Source: Candidatus Hydrogenedentota bacterium
GTDB lineage: Bacteria; Hydrogenedentota; Hydrogenedentia; Hydrogenedentales; JAEUWI01
Assembly (NCBI GenBank): GCA_034669905.1
Contig: JAXMOL010000002.1
Location: forward strand, 1-64,000
Reading direction: 5' to 3'
DNA length: 64,000 nucleotides
Shown here piece after piece: positions 1 through 8,061 of the stretch. The notes beneath the pieces were generated by a model, which saw nothing but the letters and a program-made list of their open reading frames with translations, ran no database searches and was not told the DNA's origin. Positions within the stretch are counted from its first letter, which is position 1; each line of letters starts with the position of its first letter. Position numbers and translations under genes: made by a program.

Positions 1-258
1 GGTGGGCTCGGTGGGCTCGGTGGGCTCGGTGGGCTCGGTGGGCTCGGTGGGCTCGGTGGGCTCGGTGGGCTCGGTGGGCTCGGTGGGCTCGGTGGGCTCG
101 GTGGGCTCGGTGGGCGCGGTGGGCGCGGTGGGTGCGGTGGACGCGGTGGACGCGGTGGACGCGGTGGACGCGGTGGACGCGGTGGACGCGGTGGACGCGG
201 TGGACGCGGTGGACGCGGTGGACGCGGTGGACGCGGTGGACTCGGTGGACTCGGTGGG
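1..258. repeat. 9-nt coding tandem repeat (GGTGG[G/A][C/T][T/G]C, at least 28 units) inside the M56 gene
   Basis: 12x GGTGGGCTC, 2x GGTGGGCGC, 1x GGTGGGTGC, 11x GGTGGACGC, 2x GGTGGACTC. On the minus strand it encodes (EST)2(AST)11(APT)3(EPT)12+. Truncated by the window edge. Confidence 0.97.
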
Positions 259-1467
259 CATGATAGGCTCGGCCACCTCAGCCCTTGCGATCAAGTCGGC
301 GGCCATCTTTGCCTCCGAAGTTTCTGTCGCTGTCGCTCCGATCTGTTCACGGATGATCTCGGCCCAGACCAGGCCAGAGAGCCCCAAAGCGACCAACAGG
401 AAACAAGCCATAGCGCCGGCCCACGGCATCCCTACGGTCCGGGGGGCCCCATAAAGAATTCGCTCCACGCGCCGCCGCAGGGGACTTCCTGTGGCCGTTA
501 CCGCCAGGGGAACCACCACGGGATTCCCTTCCGCCACATGGACCAGCGCACGGGCATAGTCGCTCCGGCTACCGCACCAGGCCACGGCCCAATCATCGCA
601 GCAGAGCTCCCGCGTTTCCCGGAGCTCTCTCGAAAGCCACCAGACCACCGGGTGAAAAAACAGCACGGTCTCTACCACCGCCTGAAAGAGATTGACCAAG
701 GGGTCCAGGCGCTTCACATGGGCCAATTCGTGGGCGAGCAAGAGCGCGACCTGGGCGGAGGGCATACCGGTCAGCAGCTCGACGGGCATTAAGATCATGG
801 GACGAAACCAGCCGACGACCATGGGGACCTGCGCCAGGGTCGATTCCATGACGACGACCGTGCGGCGAATGGCGGCCTGGCCGGTCAGCCGTACCAGCGC
901 CTGCTCCCATTCGGGATTCAAGGACCCCACCCCACGACGGCGTAAGCGGTGCGTCTGCCCCATCCCCGCCAGCAGGCGGAGGGTGAACAGTAATACGCCC
1001 ACAAACCAGAAGCCCGCTATCCACGGCGCGAAGCTGCGCGACGCCTGGTGTATCCGAGAAACCAATCCACCCACGGCCATCGAAGCCTGATTCCAGGTGA
1101 AGGTATCCCGCGCGCCCTCGTGCACCGCCACCGTGCCCCCGTCTGATGGCGACGGGCTTCGCGCCGGAAAGGTCGGCCCATGGGTCAGGGGCATGGGCTC
1201 CCGCACTGCGCCGGTCATCCTGTCCCCCACAACCCGGGCGGTTGTCGCTTCCTCCACGTCGTGGACAGACCAGAAAAAGGCCCCACACGGCAACAACGCG
1301 AGCACGCCGAAGCAGGCCAGGGCAACGCGATAGCGCCGCCGGGGATTTGCCCTGCCGACGGCCAATAATGCCAGGGCGGTCAACCCGCCCCACACCAGTC
1401 CCATCCACGCCACGTGAAGCACCCCCATGCCCAAGACTTCCACTATCGTGCCTACCTGTCCGCTCAT
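1..1467 (-). CDS. BlaR1/MecR1-like M56 family metallopeptidase signal transducer (3' end beyond window edge)
   Basis: Absent from the ORF track because it has no stop in the window. Manual translation from ATG 1467 (2 nt after the BlaI stop) gives MSGQVGTIVEVLGMGVLHVAW...VPMVVGWFRPMILMP...LLAHELAHVKRLD...FFHPVVWWLSRELRETRELCCDD...DYARAL. This has the HExxH and ExxCD M56 motifs, then a TM segment and a T/P/S-rich repeat open to position 1. Confidence 0.92.
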   Translation of the reverse strand, partial: MSGQVGTIVEVLGMGVLHVAWMGLVWGGLTALALLAVGRANPRRRYRVALACFGVLALLPCGAFFWSVHDVEEATTARVVGDRMTGAVREPMPLTHGPTFPARSPSPSDGGTVAVHEGARDTFTWNQASMAVGGLVSRIHQASRSFAPWIAGFWFVGVLLFTLRLLAGMGQTHRLRRRGVGSLNPEWEQALVRLTGQAAIRRTVVVMESTLAQVPMVVGWFRPMILMPVELLTGMPSAQVALLLAHELAHVKRLDPLVNLFQAVVETVLFFHPVVWWLSRELRETRELCCDDWAVAWCGSRSDYARALVHVAEGNPVVVPLAVTATGSPLRRRVERILYGAPRTVGMPWAGAMACFLLVALGLSGLVWAEIIREQIGATATETSEAKMAADLIARAEVAEPIMPTESTESTASTASTASTASTASTASTASTASTASTASTASTAPTAPTAPTEPTEPTEPTEPTEPTEPTEPTEPTEPTEPTEPTEPT

Positions 1468-1469
1468 GA

Positions 1470-1853
1470 TTATTCGCTCCCGTTGGATTCGTAGTCGGCG
1501 ATCAAGGCCTTGATGGCGTCCAATTCTTTGCGGCTTGCCTGCCCGCTTTCGAGGGCACGCAACACGAGGCGGTCGGCACTCCCCCGAAAGGCCCCGTGCA
1601 AGAGTCCGCCCACGAGGCCCTGCTCCATGGTGCCCCGGGGCACCACCGGGGTGTAGAGATAGGTGCGCCCGTCTTTTTCAAATTCCAGGGCACCCTTCTT
1701 CACCAGCCGGTTAATCAGGGTCTTCACCGTCTTGGGACTCCAGTCCACCTCCGACAGGGCCGCCACAATCTCATTGGCCGTCTGGGGGGCCTGCTCCCAC
1801 AAAACATCCATGACACGCCACTCGGCGTCGGTAATTCGGGGTAGTTCATTCAT
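1470..1853 (-). CDS. BlaI/MecI/CopY family transcriptional repressor
   Basis: ITDAEWRVMDVLWE...WSPKTVKTLINRLVKKGAL...GRTYLY wHTH signature; lies directly upstream of the M56 gene. Confidence 0.95.
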   Translation of the reverse strand: MNELPRITDAEWRVMDVLWEQAPQTANEIVAALSEVDWSPKTVKTLINRLVKKGALEFEKDGRTYLYTPVVPRGTMEQGLVGGLLHGAFRGSADRLVLRALESGQASRKELDAIKALIADYESNGSE

Positions 1854-1863
1854 AACGTTGCTC

Positions 1864-1915
1864 CAAAGTATTACGCTTGTAATTGAAATATATTACAAGC
1901 GTAATACTTTGTCAA
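1864..1915 (-). promoter_or_regulatory. sigma70-type promoter overlapped by a double BlaI-type operator (perfect 20-bp inverted repeat)
   Basis: CAAAGTATTACGCTTGTAAT-N8-ATTACAAGCGTAATACTTTG. Each arm holds a near match to TACA-N2-TGTA. The minus strand carries TTGACA (1915-1910), a 17-nt spacer and TATATT (1892-1887). Confidence 0.85.
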
Positions 1916-1917
1916 GC

Positions 1918-1940
1918 AAAAAAGCCCGCCGATGCGGGCT
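1918..1940 (-). terminator. Rho-independent terminator of the DUF1559 gene
   Basis: AGCCCGC-CGAT-GCGGGCT hairpin followed by a T-run on the minus strand. Confidence 0.7.
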
Positions 1941-1965
1941 GGGTAGTTGATAGATATACCAAGAT

Positions 1966-2952
1966 TCAGGGGCGGCCAAAGAATCCCGCGAGGGTGGCAA
2001 ACTTTTCGCTCGCTGGAAAAGCGCTCGGATAGCGCTGAAAGGCCACGTGCCCATCCAGATAGAGGGCGTTCGCACCCCCGGGAACGTGATTGAAAAGTTC
2101 CACGCCGGGCCCCACACCCGTGGGGCTCACGATGCTTCCCACGTTGGAGGCCACCGTGTCGAAGGCCACCACAATGTTGGACTGGGCCCGTGCGCTGGCC
2201 GCAGGGTTGTTGATGTCGGTGATAAGAAAGCGCTCAATACCTTCCCGAAGGCGCGTGAGGGTATCGCCCCCGCCATTGCCCGCCCCGGGGAATCCAATGG
2301 CCGCCAGATTCAACTCCTCGGTGATGATGCCATCGTCGCTTTCATCTTTGTTGATAACCGAGGCCACGTAGCCAAAAAGCCCGGCCAGCTGGATGGGAAC
2401 CTCATAACCAACGGGTGGAATCCCGAAGAGAAAGCCCACATCAATTGACGGGTCACTGTCCTCCGCCCGGTCCACCAGATAGCTCAGATAAACGTAGCTT
2501 TCGTCGGCGTTGGTAATCTCCCCCTCGCAGATACTCGGACAGGTCCCGCCACCGAGATCGGAGATTTGAAAGACCGCTTCCGCCGCATCCCCGGTGTTGC
2601 CCGCATCGGACGGACACAACAGGGTGCCGAGGTCGTTCAGATACTCGGGATAGATAGACGACATATCGGCGAAAAAGTCGAAGTAGTCCTCCCCCGGGCT
2701 GCAATCGGCGTTGCAGGCGATATCGCTATCGCCATAGACCTCGTCCCCGTGGAGGGGCGGCCACGCCTCGCCGACGCTTTCATTGGCATACATCTTGAAA
2801 ACCAGGGCAAGTTGCTTCAGGTTATTTTGGCAACTGGCCCGTCGGGCCGCCTCCCGTGCCCGGGCGAGGGCCGGGAGCAGGATAGCGGCGAGAATTCCGA
2901 TGATGGCAATCACCACCAGTAGTTCAATGAGCGTAAAGCCCCGCTTGTTCAT
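1966..2952 (-). CDS. Prepilin-type N-terminal cleavage/methylation protein, DUF1559 with H-X9-DG C-terminal motif
   Basis: [48 protein letters not shown]-terminal [17 protein letters not shown]. Confidence 0.92.
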   Translation of the reverse strand: MNKRGFTLIELLVVIAIIGILAAILLPALARAREAARRASCQNNLKQLALVFKMYANESVGEAWPPLHGDEVYGDSDIACNADCSPGEDYFDFFADMSSIYPEYLNDLGTLLCPSDAGNTGDAAEAVFQISDLGGGTCPSICEGEITNADESYVYLSYLVDRAEDSDPSIDVGFLFGIPPVGYEVPIQLAGLFGYVASVINKDESDDGIITEELNLAAIGFPGAGNGGGDTLTRLREGIERFLITDINNPAASARAQSNIVVAFDTVASNVGSIVSPTGVGPGVELFNHVPGGANALYLDGHVAFQRYPSAFPASEKFATLAGFFGRP

Positions 2953-3165
2953 GATGTAATACTCCAACGTGCCCGACTGGTGAAAGGTGGTGCCCCGATT
3001 GAGCGCTGCTTCGCCCGATTATTCCTATTATTACCTGTTAAGTCAAGAATTAATGGAAATCTATGGGGGCACGTTTCCACGGACCCGTGAAACCGCAATA
3101 CTTGTATGCCGACAGGTGATGGTGTATAACCGGAAAGCTGTTCTAACATCAATCGGAGAGAACCC

Positions 3166-3420
3166 ATGGAAAAAGAAGAAAAACTGGACTATTGGCGGCA
3201 GAATGTCCGCCTCATTCGTTGGCTGTTGGTGGTGTGGTTTGCCGTGTCGCTTGGCGCGGGGATCCTATTCGTCAAACCCCTCAACAACTTCTCGATTGGC
3301 AATCTGCCTTTCGGCTTCTGGATGGCCCAACAGGGCTCCATTTTCGTTTTTGTCGTCATGATTTACGTCTACGCCAAAATGATGGACAAGATCGACCGCG
3401 ACCACCACGCCGACAAGTAG
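3166..3420 (+). CDS. DUF4212 small membrane subunit of a solute:sodium symporter
   Basis: YWRQN...PFGFWMAQQGSIFVFV motif, two TM segments, directly upstream of the SSS gene. Confidence 0.88.
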   Translation: MEKEEKLDYWRQNVRLIRWLLVVWFAVSLGAGILFVKPLNNFSIGNLPFGFWMAQQGSIFVFVVMIYVYAKMMDKIDRDHHADK

Positions 3421-3493
3421 CGCCTGGTGCGCACCCCATCCCTGAATCGCTACCCGCGATCCCAATGAAACGTTGCAGGAGAGAGCACGTCCC

Positions 3494-5203
3494 ATGTCAG
3501 TCGAAACCTGGACCTATACCTTCGTTACCATAACCTTCATGATTTACCTGTATATCGGTTGGCGCGCCCGCGTGAAAGAGTCTTCGGGCTTTTACGTGGC
3601 TGGCCAGGGCGTGCCCGCCATCGCCAATGGTGCCGCCACAGCAGCCGATTGGATGTCCGCGGCCTCCTTCATTTCCATGGCCGGCCTGATTTCGTTCATG
3701 GGCTATGATGGCTCGATTTACCTCATGGGCTGGACCGGCGGTTATGTGTTGCTGGCCTTGCTGCTGGCCCCTTACCTCCGGAAATTCGGCCAATACACCG
3801 TGCCCGATTTCGTCGGCACCCGCTACTATTCCAACACCGCCCGCATCATCGCGGTTATCTGTGCCATATTCGTTTCCATCACCTACGTCGCAGGCCAGAT
3901 GCGCGGGGTGGGCATTGTCTTCAGCCGCTTCCTGGAGGTAGACATTGCGCAGGGCGTCATCATCGGCATGGTAATCGTCGGCTTCTTTGCCGTTCTCGGC
4001 GGTATGAAAGGCATCACCTGGACCCAGGTGGCCCAGTATTTTGTGCTTATCGTTGCCTTCCTGATTCCTTCTGTGGCTTTGTCCCTGAAACTGACCGGCA
4101 ACCCCATTCCCCAAATTGGTCTGGTCACGTCGGACATTATGCCCAAGCTCAACCAGATTCAGGTGGACCTGGGTTTTGCGGAGTACACCCAGCCCTTCCG
4201 GGATAAGAGTATGCTCGACATTCTCTTTATCACGATTGCGCTCATGGTCGGCACGGCGGGCCTGCCCCACGTGATTGTGCGCTTCTACACCGTGCGCAAC
4301 GTGCGGGCCGCCCGTTACTCAGCCTTCTGGGCACTCCTTTTCATTGCCATCCTCTACACGACGGCACCGGCTCTCGCGACCTTTGCCCGTTACAACCTCG
4401 TGGAATCCCTCCACGGCAAAACCATGGATGAGATTCACGCCATGGACTGGACCGTCAAGTGGGAAGAAACCAAGCTCCTCCAGTTTGACGACAAGAACGG
4501 CAACGGAGTACTCGAACTGACGCCCGACGCCGAAACCTCTGAAATCATTATCGACCGGGACATCATTGTGTTGTCGACTCCGGAGGTCGCCCAGCTTTCC
4601 CCCTGGGTCATTGCCCTGGTGGCGGCAGGTGGACTTGCGGCGGCGCTGTCGACAGCGGCCGGATTGCTCCTGGTGATCTCCAGTTCGATCGCGCACGACA
4701 TCTACTTCCGCCTGATAAATCCCCATGCCGATGAAAAACATCGGGTCATGGTTGGTCGTATCATGGTTATCGTGGCCGTTGTCGTGGCCGGTTACTTTGG
4801 TGTGAACCCGCCGGGCTTCGTGGCCCAGGTGGTGGCCTTCGCCTTTGGCCTGGCAGCCGCCAGTTTCTTCCCGGTGATTCTGCTCGGTATCTTCGACAAG
4901 AAGGCCAACCGCGAGGGCGCCATCGCCGGTATGATCGTCGGCCTGAGCTTCACCCTCTTCTACATCGCGGGCACCAAAGCCCACCTCATTTTCGGCGCGG
5001 AAGAAGCCTGGTTTGGCAACTGGTGCTTCGGCATTTCCGCCGAGGGCATTGGCACCGTGGGCATGCTGCTGAACTTCGTGGTGGCCCTGGTCGTGTCGCG
5101 CCTGACGCCCCCACCGCCCCAGGAAGTGATGGACATCCTCGACGAACTCCGCATGCCCGACCATGTGGGCCCGGCAGTCATCCTGGATGAATCGACGGAA
5201 TAA
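3494..5203 (+). CDS. Sodium:solute symporter, ActP-like (probable acetate/monocarboxylate permease)
   Basis: NGAATAADWMSAASFISMAG, GGMKGITWTQVAQY and LMVGTAGLPHVIVRFYTV motifs; many TM helices; paired with DUF4212. Confidence 0.9.
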   Translation: MSVETWTYTFVTITFMIYLYIGWRARVKESSGFYVAGQGVPAIANGAATAADWMSAASFISMAGLISFMGYDGSIYLMGWTGGYVLLALLLAPYLRKFGQYTVPDFVGTRYYSNTARIIAVICAIFVSITYVAGQMRGVGIVFSRFLEVDIAQGVIIGMVIVGFFAVLGGMKGITWTQVAQYFVLIVAFLIPSVALSLKLTGNPIPQIGLVTSDIMPKLNQIQVDLGFAEYTQPFRDKSMLDILFITIALMVGTAGLPHVIVRFYTVRNVRAARYSAFWALLFIAILYTTAPALATFARYNLVESLHGKTMDEIHAMDWTVKWEETKLLQFDDKNGNGVLELTPDAETSEIIIDRDIIVLSTPEVAQLSPWVIALVAAGGLAAALSTAAGLLLVISSSIAHDIYFRLINPHADEKHRVMVGRIMVIVAVVVAGYFGVNPPGFVAQVVAFAFGLAAASFFPVILLGIFDKKANREGAIAGMIVGLSFTLFYIAGTKAHLIFGAEEAWFGNWCFGISAEGIGTVGMLLNFVVALVVSRLTPPPPQEVMDILDELRMPDHVGPAVILDESTE

Positions 5204-5217
5204 GTAATCCGGATTGC

Positions 5218-5257
5218 AAAACGGCCCACCTGGCGGAGTCCCGGTGGGCCGTTTTTT
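5218..5257 (+). terminator. Rho-independent terminator (bidirectional-type)
   Basis: AAAACGGCCCACC-loop-GGTGGGCCGTTTTTT just after the symporter stop. Confidence 0.8.
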
Positions 5258-5417
5258 GTATAAGGACCTAAAGGAGCGAATGGGCGGAGTCATGCGGGAA
5301 GGCTCTGGTGAACTCCACAGCCATGACACACTTGCCTTGCAGCCCCTATAGTCTCTCAGATACCATCGGATACATTCACTGTGTTAGCTATATTGGGCAA
5401 TTAAGGAGGGCGCGCAC

Positions 5418-6380
5418 ATGGCATCACAAAAAGTACTTTCTACCACCGCATTGGCAAAACGAAACAATCTGGAAGCAAAAGTCGTCTTTGAGACGTTTCA
5501 GCAGGCCGGTTACCTCAAGAAAGAAAACGGCAATTGGCTCCTGACCGCAACAGGGGAAGCCCTGGGCGGCACCTACATTGAGCACCCCAAATATGGCAAG
5601 TACGTCGGGTGGCCCGAGGACACTCCCATCACCGCTTCCAGCACGGAGGGGTCGACAGCCGCCGCAGTGGTAGCGGAGGCTTCCCCCGCTACTCCAGCGC
5701 CTGCAAGCGCCAAGCCCGGGCAAGGCACATTAACGGCGACTCGCATCGGGAAACATTTCGAACTCTCCGCCAACAAGTGTAACTACATTTTCTCCGAGTT
5801 AGGCTGGGTCAAGAAAGGCCTGAAGGGATGGCACCTGACCGATCCTGGCAAGCGGGTCGGCGGGGTGCAATCGGAAGATCCGCGCTCTGGCGTACCTTAC
5901 GTGCGATGGCCCGAGACCATACTGGAAAACCGGGCACTCGTGGATACCATCGCGGAAGTAAAAGGCACCTCCACCCCGGCAGCTCCCGAAAAAGCTGAGG
6001 AGAACTCCCAGCCCGAAGCGGTTGGCTTTCGCCAGAAATTCGAAGCCACCCACCGTGCCGCAGACGGCCATTTTGTCCGCTCCCGGGCCGAGATGCTCAT
6101 CGACAACTGGCTCTACATGGCGGAGATTGTCCACGCCTACGAGCGCAAACTCCCAATTGAAGAAGATGTCTACTGTGACTTCTACATCCCCACCGGGAAA
6201 GTCTACATTGAATTCTGGGGACTGGAAAACGACCCCAAGTACGCTGCCCGCAAGGCCCAGAAGAAAGCCATCTATGAAAAATATGGCTTCAATCTCATCG
6301 AGCTGAACGACGCCGATGTGTTGAATCTGGATGACATGTTGCCCCGCCATCTGCTCAAGTTTGGCGTGCAGGCCTATTGA
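5418..6380 (+). CDS. Tandem KilA-C-like winged-helix domains fused to a C-terminal PD-(D/E)XK-like nuclease domain
   Basis: Two similar repeats (LSTTALAK...GYLKK..WLLTATG..GG...YVGWPE and LTATRIGK...GWVKK..WHLTDPG..GG...YVRWPE). C-terminal GHFVRSRAEMLIDNWL...YE...CDFYI...VYIEFWG...KYAARKAQK. Confidence 0.65.
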   Translation: MASQKVLSTTALAKRNNLEAKVVFETFQQAGYLKKENGNWLLTATGEALGGTYIEHPKYGKYVGWPEDTPITASSTEGSTAAAVVAEASPATPAPASAKPGQGTLTATRIGKHFELSANKCNYIFSELGWVKKGLKGWHLTDPGKRVGGVQSEDPRSGVPYVRWPETILENRALVDTIAEVKGTSTPAAPEKAEENSQPEAVGFRQKFEATHRAADGHFVRSRAEMLIDNWLYMAEIVHAYERKLPIEEDVYCDFYIPTGKVYIEFWGLENDPKYAARKAQKKAIYEKYGFNLIELNDADVLNLDDMLPRHLLKFGVQAY

Positions 6381-6504
6381 GCCCCTACGCGGGGAGGCCG
6401 TCTTGTGTTTGGGAAAAGGGACGGAAACGGTTTGGGCCGCGGTACGTGAAACGCCGTTGACGAGATGGCTTCTGTATAACCTTTCATATGCATCGCCGTC
6501 TCCT

Positions 6505-6549
6505 GTCGTTCAGGACCTCATCGTCCTTTTGGTCCTTTCCGTCCTTTCA
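6505..6549. repeat. Intergenic 9-nt periodic repeat (GTCCTTTNN-type), one of several dispersed copies
   Basis: gtcgttcag gacctcatc gtccttttg gtcctttcc gtcctttca. Related arrays at 7948-7974 and 27647-27682, and in the opposite orientation at 5261-5280 and 27529-27555. Confidence 0.65.
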
Positions 6550-6596
6550 GCGCCCCAACGTTGACCCACGGGCACTGCCGCGGCTAAGGTACCCTT

Positions 6597-7925
6597 ATGA
6601 ACCTTGGCGTCGGCACAGAAGCGCTCCTCTGGGGACTGGCCAGTGCGATCGCCCTTCCCCTGGGCGCGATGATGGGACTGTGGTGGCGGCCCCGTCGGCG
6701 GTTGAGCTCGGCCTTCACCGCTTTTGGCGCAGGTGCCCTGCTCTTTGCCCTGACCATAGAGCTTTTCGGCCACGTGCCGCATCATGTGGAGCAACATGGC
6801 TTCACCGCCTTCCTCGCCACGCTATTGGGCGCCGTCTCTGGCGGCATTGTCTTCGACGTGCTCAACCAAATGCTCAATAACCGCGGCGCCTTTCTCCGGC
6901 GGCTGTCCTCTGCACGGAGCTACGTGTTCCGGGTGCGCCTGGCGCGGACCAAGGGACTTGTCGATGAATTGAGCCGTGTCGACGTCCTTCGGCAGGTACC
7001 GCCAGAGCAGATGGCCGATCTCATTGACGAAGTGGAAGAAGAATGCCTCCAGCCGGGACACGTCTTCTTTCAGCAGGGCGACCCAGCCGAGGCCATGTAT
7101 TTCATTGTCTCTGGCGAGGTGGAGGTGCTGCGCAAGAACCACGATGGTCAACAGGCCCAGGTGGCACGCCTGGGTGCCAACGAGACCTTCGGTGAGATGG
7201 GACTCCTCCGGAATGCGCCCCGATCCGCCGAGGCACGCGCCGTCACTGCGGTCCGGGTCTATCGGCTCGACAAGGCGGATTTCGTCCCCTTCCTCACTGC
7301 GTCGCCCGACCTCCGCCTGGCACTCAAGAAACTGACGGACGGACGCATTGATGCCCTCTCCAATTCCGAGTCCGAGATTGAGGGCGATGTATGGCGGCAA
7401 AGCATCATGGCGAATCTCACGACAGCAAACCAGTCTGTCACCGTGGAAGAAATCCTGAGCGAACGCCCTGCCACCGGGAAGGCGAGTGCCGCCATGGCCA
7501 TCTGGCTTGGAATTCTGATCGACGGTGTTCCCGAATCCCTGGTCATCGGCATGCTCTCCGTGAGTGCCACGGGCATGAGTCTGTCTTTTATCGTGGGTGT
7601 ATTTCTCGCCAATTTCCCCGAGGCCATGTCCAGCGCGGTCAGCATGCGCCGCAGCGGTATGGGCCTGACGAAGATTCTGGTCATGTGGAGCAGTATCTGC
7701 GTGCTTACCGGCGTTGGCGCCTTCCTCGGCGCGGTACTCATGCCGACCAACCCCGAGGGGGCGCACTTCTACGGGGTCCTATTCATCGAAGCCTTCGCGG
7801 CGGGGGCTATGCTCACCATGATCGCCGAAACCATGCTCCCGGAAGCCTTTGAACAGGGTGGGGCCATTGTGGGGCTATCCACCCTGGCAGGTTTTCTTAC
7901 GACGCTTTTCGTGAAAATCCTGTAA
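6597..7925 (+). CDS. ZIP (ZupT-like) divalent metal transporter with an inserted cyclic-nucleotide-binding domain
   Basis: N-terminal TMs with AFGAGALL; central FQQGDPAEAMYFIVSGEVEV...FGEMGLLRNAPRSAEARA (cNMP); C-terminal IDGVPES / ANFPEA / FAAGAMLTMIAETMLPEA ZIP motifs. Confidence 0.85.
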   Translation: MNLGVGTEALLWGLASAIALPLGAMMGLWWRPRRRLSSAFTAFGAGALLFALTIELFGHVPHHVEQHGFTAFLATLLGAVSGGIVFDVLNQMLNNRGAFLRRLSSARSYVFRVRLARTKGLVDELSRVDVLRQVPPEQMADLIDEVEEECLQPGHVFFQQGDPAEAMYFIVSGEVEVLRKNHDGQQAQVARLGANETFGEMGLLRNAPRSAEARAVTAVRVYRLDKADFVPFLTASPDLRLALKKLTDGRIDALSNSESEIEGDVWRQSIMANLTTANQSVTVEEILSERPATGKASAAMAIWLGILIDGVPESLVIGMLSVSATGMSLSFIVGVFLANFPEAMSSAVSMRRSGMGLTKILVMWSSICVLTGVGAFLGAVLMPTNPEGAHFYGVLFIEAFAAGAMLTMIAETMLPEAFEQGGAIVGLSTLAGFLTTLFVKIL

Positions 7926-8061
7926 GACTTCGACCGGGTGGGCCCATGTCTTTTACGTTCTTCAGGTCCTTGCTTCCATGCGAATAATCGGGTGTTCGCG
8001 AAATTGCCCCTGCCATTCCAGTATCATGGAGGCTACGAACCCGTGCCCTCAAAGGAACCCC

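Noticed and set aside
1..258. Possible CRISPR or telomere-like array
   Set aside because: Contiguous 9-mers with no spacers, in frame within a protein-coding gene.
2..454. 150-aa plus-strand ORF (VGS/VDA repeats)
   Set aside because: Antisense reading of the tandem repeat inside the minus-strand M56 gene.
593..1408. 271-aa minus-strand ORF in the track
   Set aside because: Wrong frame; the HELAH-containing M56 frame starts at 1467 and covers this interval.
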